A DNA stretch of 63,801 bases, counting the filler, from Octopus bimaculoides (taxonomy: Eukaryota), in NCBI RefSeq assembly GCF_001194135.2. It is 10 parts of 9 records of this genome, joined end to end, with 100 filler letters (N's around TTAATTAATTAA, not from the genome) between each part and the next. Parts side by side here need not be neighbours in the genome. Positions count along the whole stretch, not along the records: positions 61,988 to 63,801 come from NW_026393566.1; 9 more parts are not named here. One strand, written 5' to 3'. The notes under the pieces are model-generated. The model made no database searches and was not told the DNA's origin. It worked only from the letters and a program-made list of their open reading frames with translations. Below are positions 63,257 to 63,801 of the stretch, in pieces (positions within the stretch are counted from its first letter, which is position 1; each line of letters starts with the position of its first letter). The position numbers and the translations under genes were made by a program.

Positions 63257-63390
63257 GTGGTTCGGCAAAAGATTTCGATAGAATAAGTACTAGGCTTACA
63301 AAGAATAAGTCCTGGGGTCGATTTGCTCAACTAAAGGTGGTGCTCCAGCATGGCTGCAGTCAAATGACTGAAACAAGCATAAAGAATAAA
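63257..63390 (+). mobile_element. SINE family B 3' end
   Basis: ggttcggcaaaag...gaataagtactaggcttacaaagaataagtcctggggtcg...ggtgctccagcatggctgcagtcaaatgactgaaacaag. Confidence 0.9.
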
Positions 63391-63768
63391 AATATACATA
63401 CACATATATATTTATACATATGTACATATACGAACACATACATATGTGTGTACATGCATACATATGCGTATATACAGGCATACATACATGCCTACATACA
63501 TATGTACATACATGCATACATACATGCATGCGTACATGCATGCAAACATACATGAATGCATACAAACATATATGTATACTTACATACATACATACATGTA
63601 TGCGTGCATGTATACATACATACATGCACGCATATATACATACATCCATGTATACATGCATACATATGTACATATAAACATACATTCAAACACACATACA
63701 TTTATGCATACATGTATGCACGCCTATATACATTCATACATGCACACATATATTCAGATAGACAGACA

Positions 63769-63801
<33 letters not shown>

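Overview
AT-rich, repeat-saturated, gapped eukaryotic scaffold. The SINE families and microsatellite load point to an octopod cephalopod, probably Octopus (inference). The only host coding sequence I can firmly support is the last three exons of a cytosolic sulfotransferase (SULT)-family gene on the minus strand (4102-4005, 2630-2453, 693-587). Its PAPS-binding RKGxxGxWK motif reads HNGQIATWK, while the KxxxTVxxxE dimerisation motif is intact. The rest is intronic or intergenic. It contains a ~4.1-kb decayed Tx1/L1-clade LINE with a doubled 3' end sitting in a (GATA)n tract; CR1-, RTE-, L2-like and I/Ingi-like LINE fragments; three Penelope-like fragments; hammerhead-like motifs; several tRNA-headed SINE families (one copy ends in a tail resembling the Tx1 LINE 3' end); a Tc1/mariner MITE; and many microsatellites. 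A candidate unannotated plus-strand transcription unit lies at ~56.2-60 kb (CRE/YY1 promoter-like segment with a strong donor, two duplicated 22-nt micro-exon-like units, a possible last exon). Nine 100-nt gaps carry an artificial TTAATTAATTAA linker. Almost all ORFs in the supplied track are microsatellite or N-run artefacts. Repeat boundaries are approximate unless a TSD or TIR is quoted. SINE family letters are my own labels.
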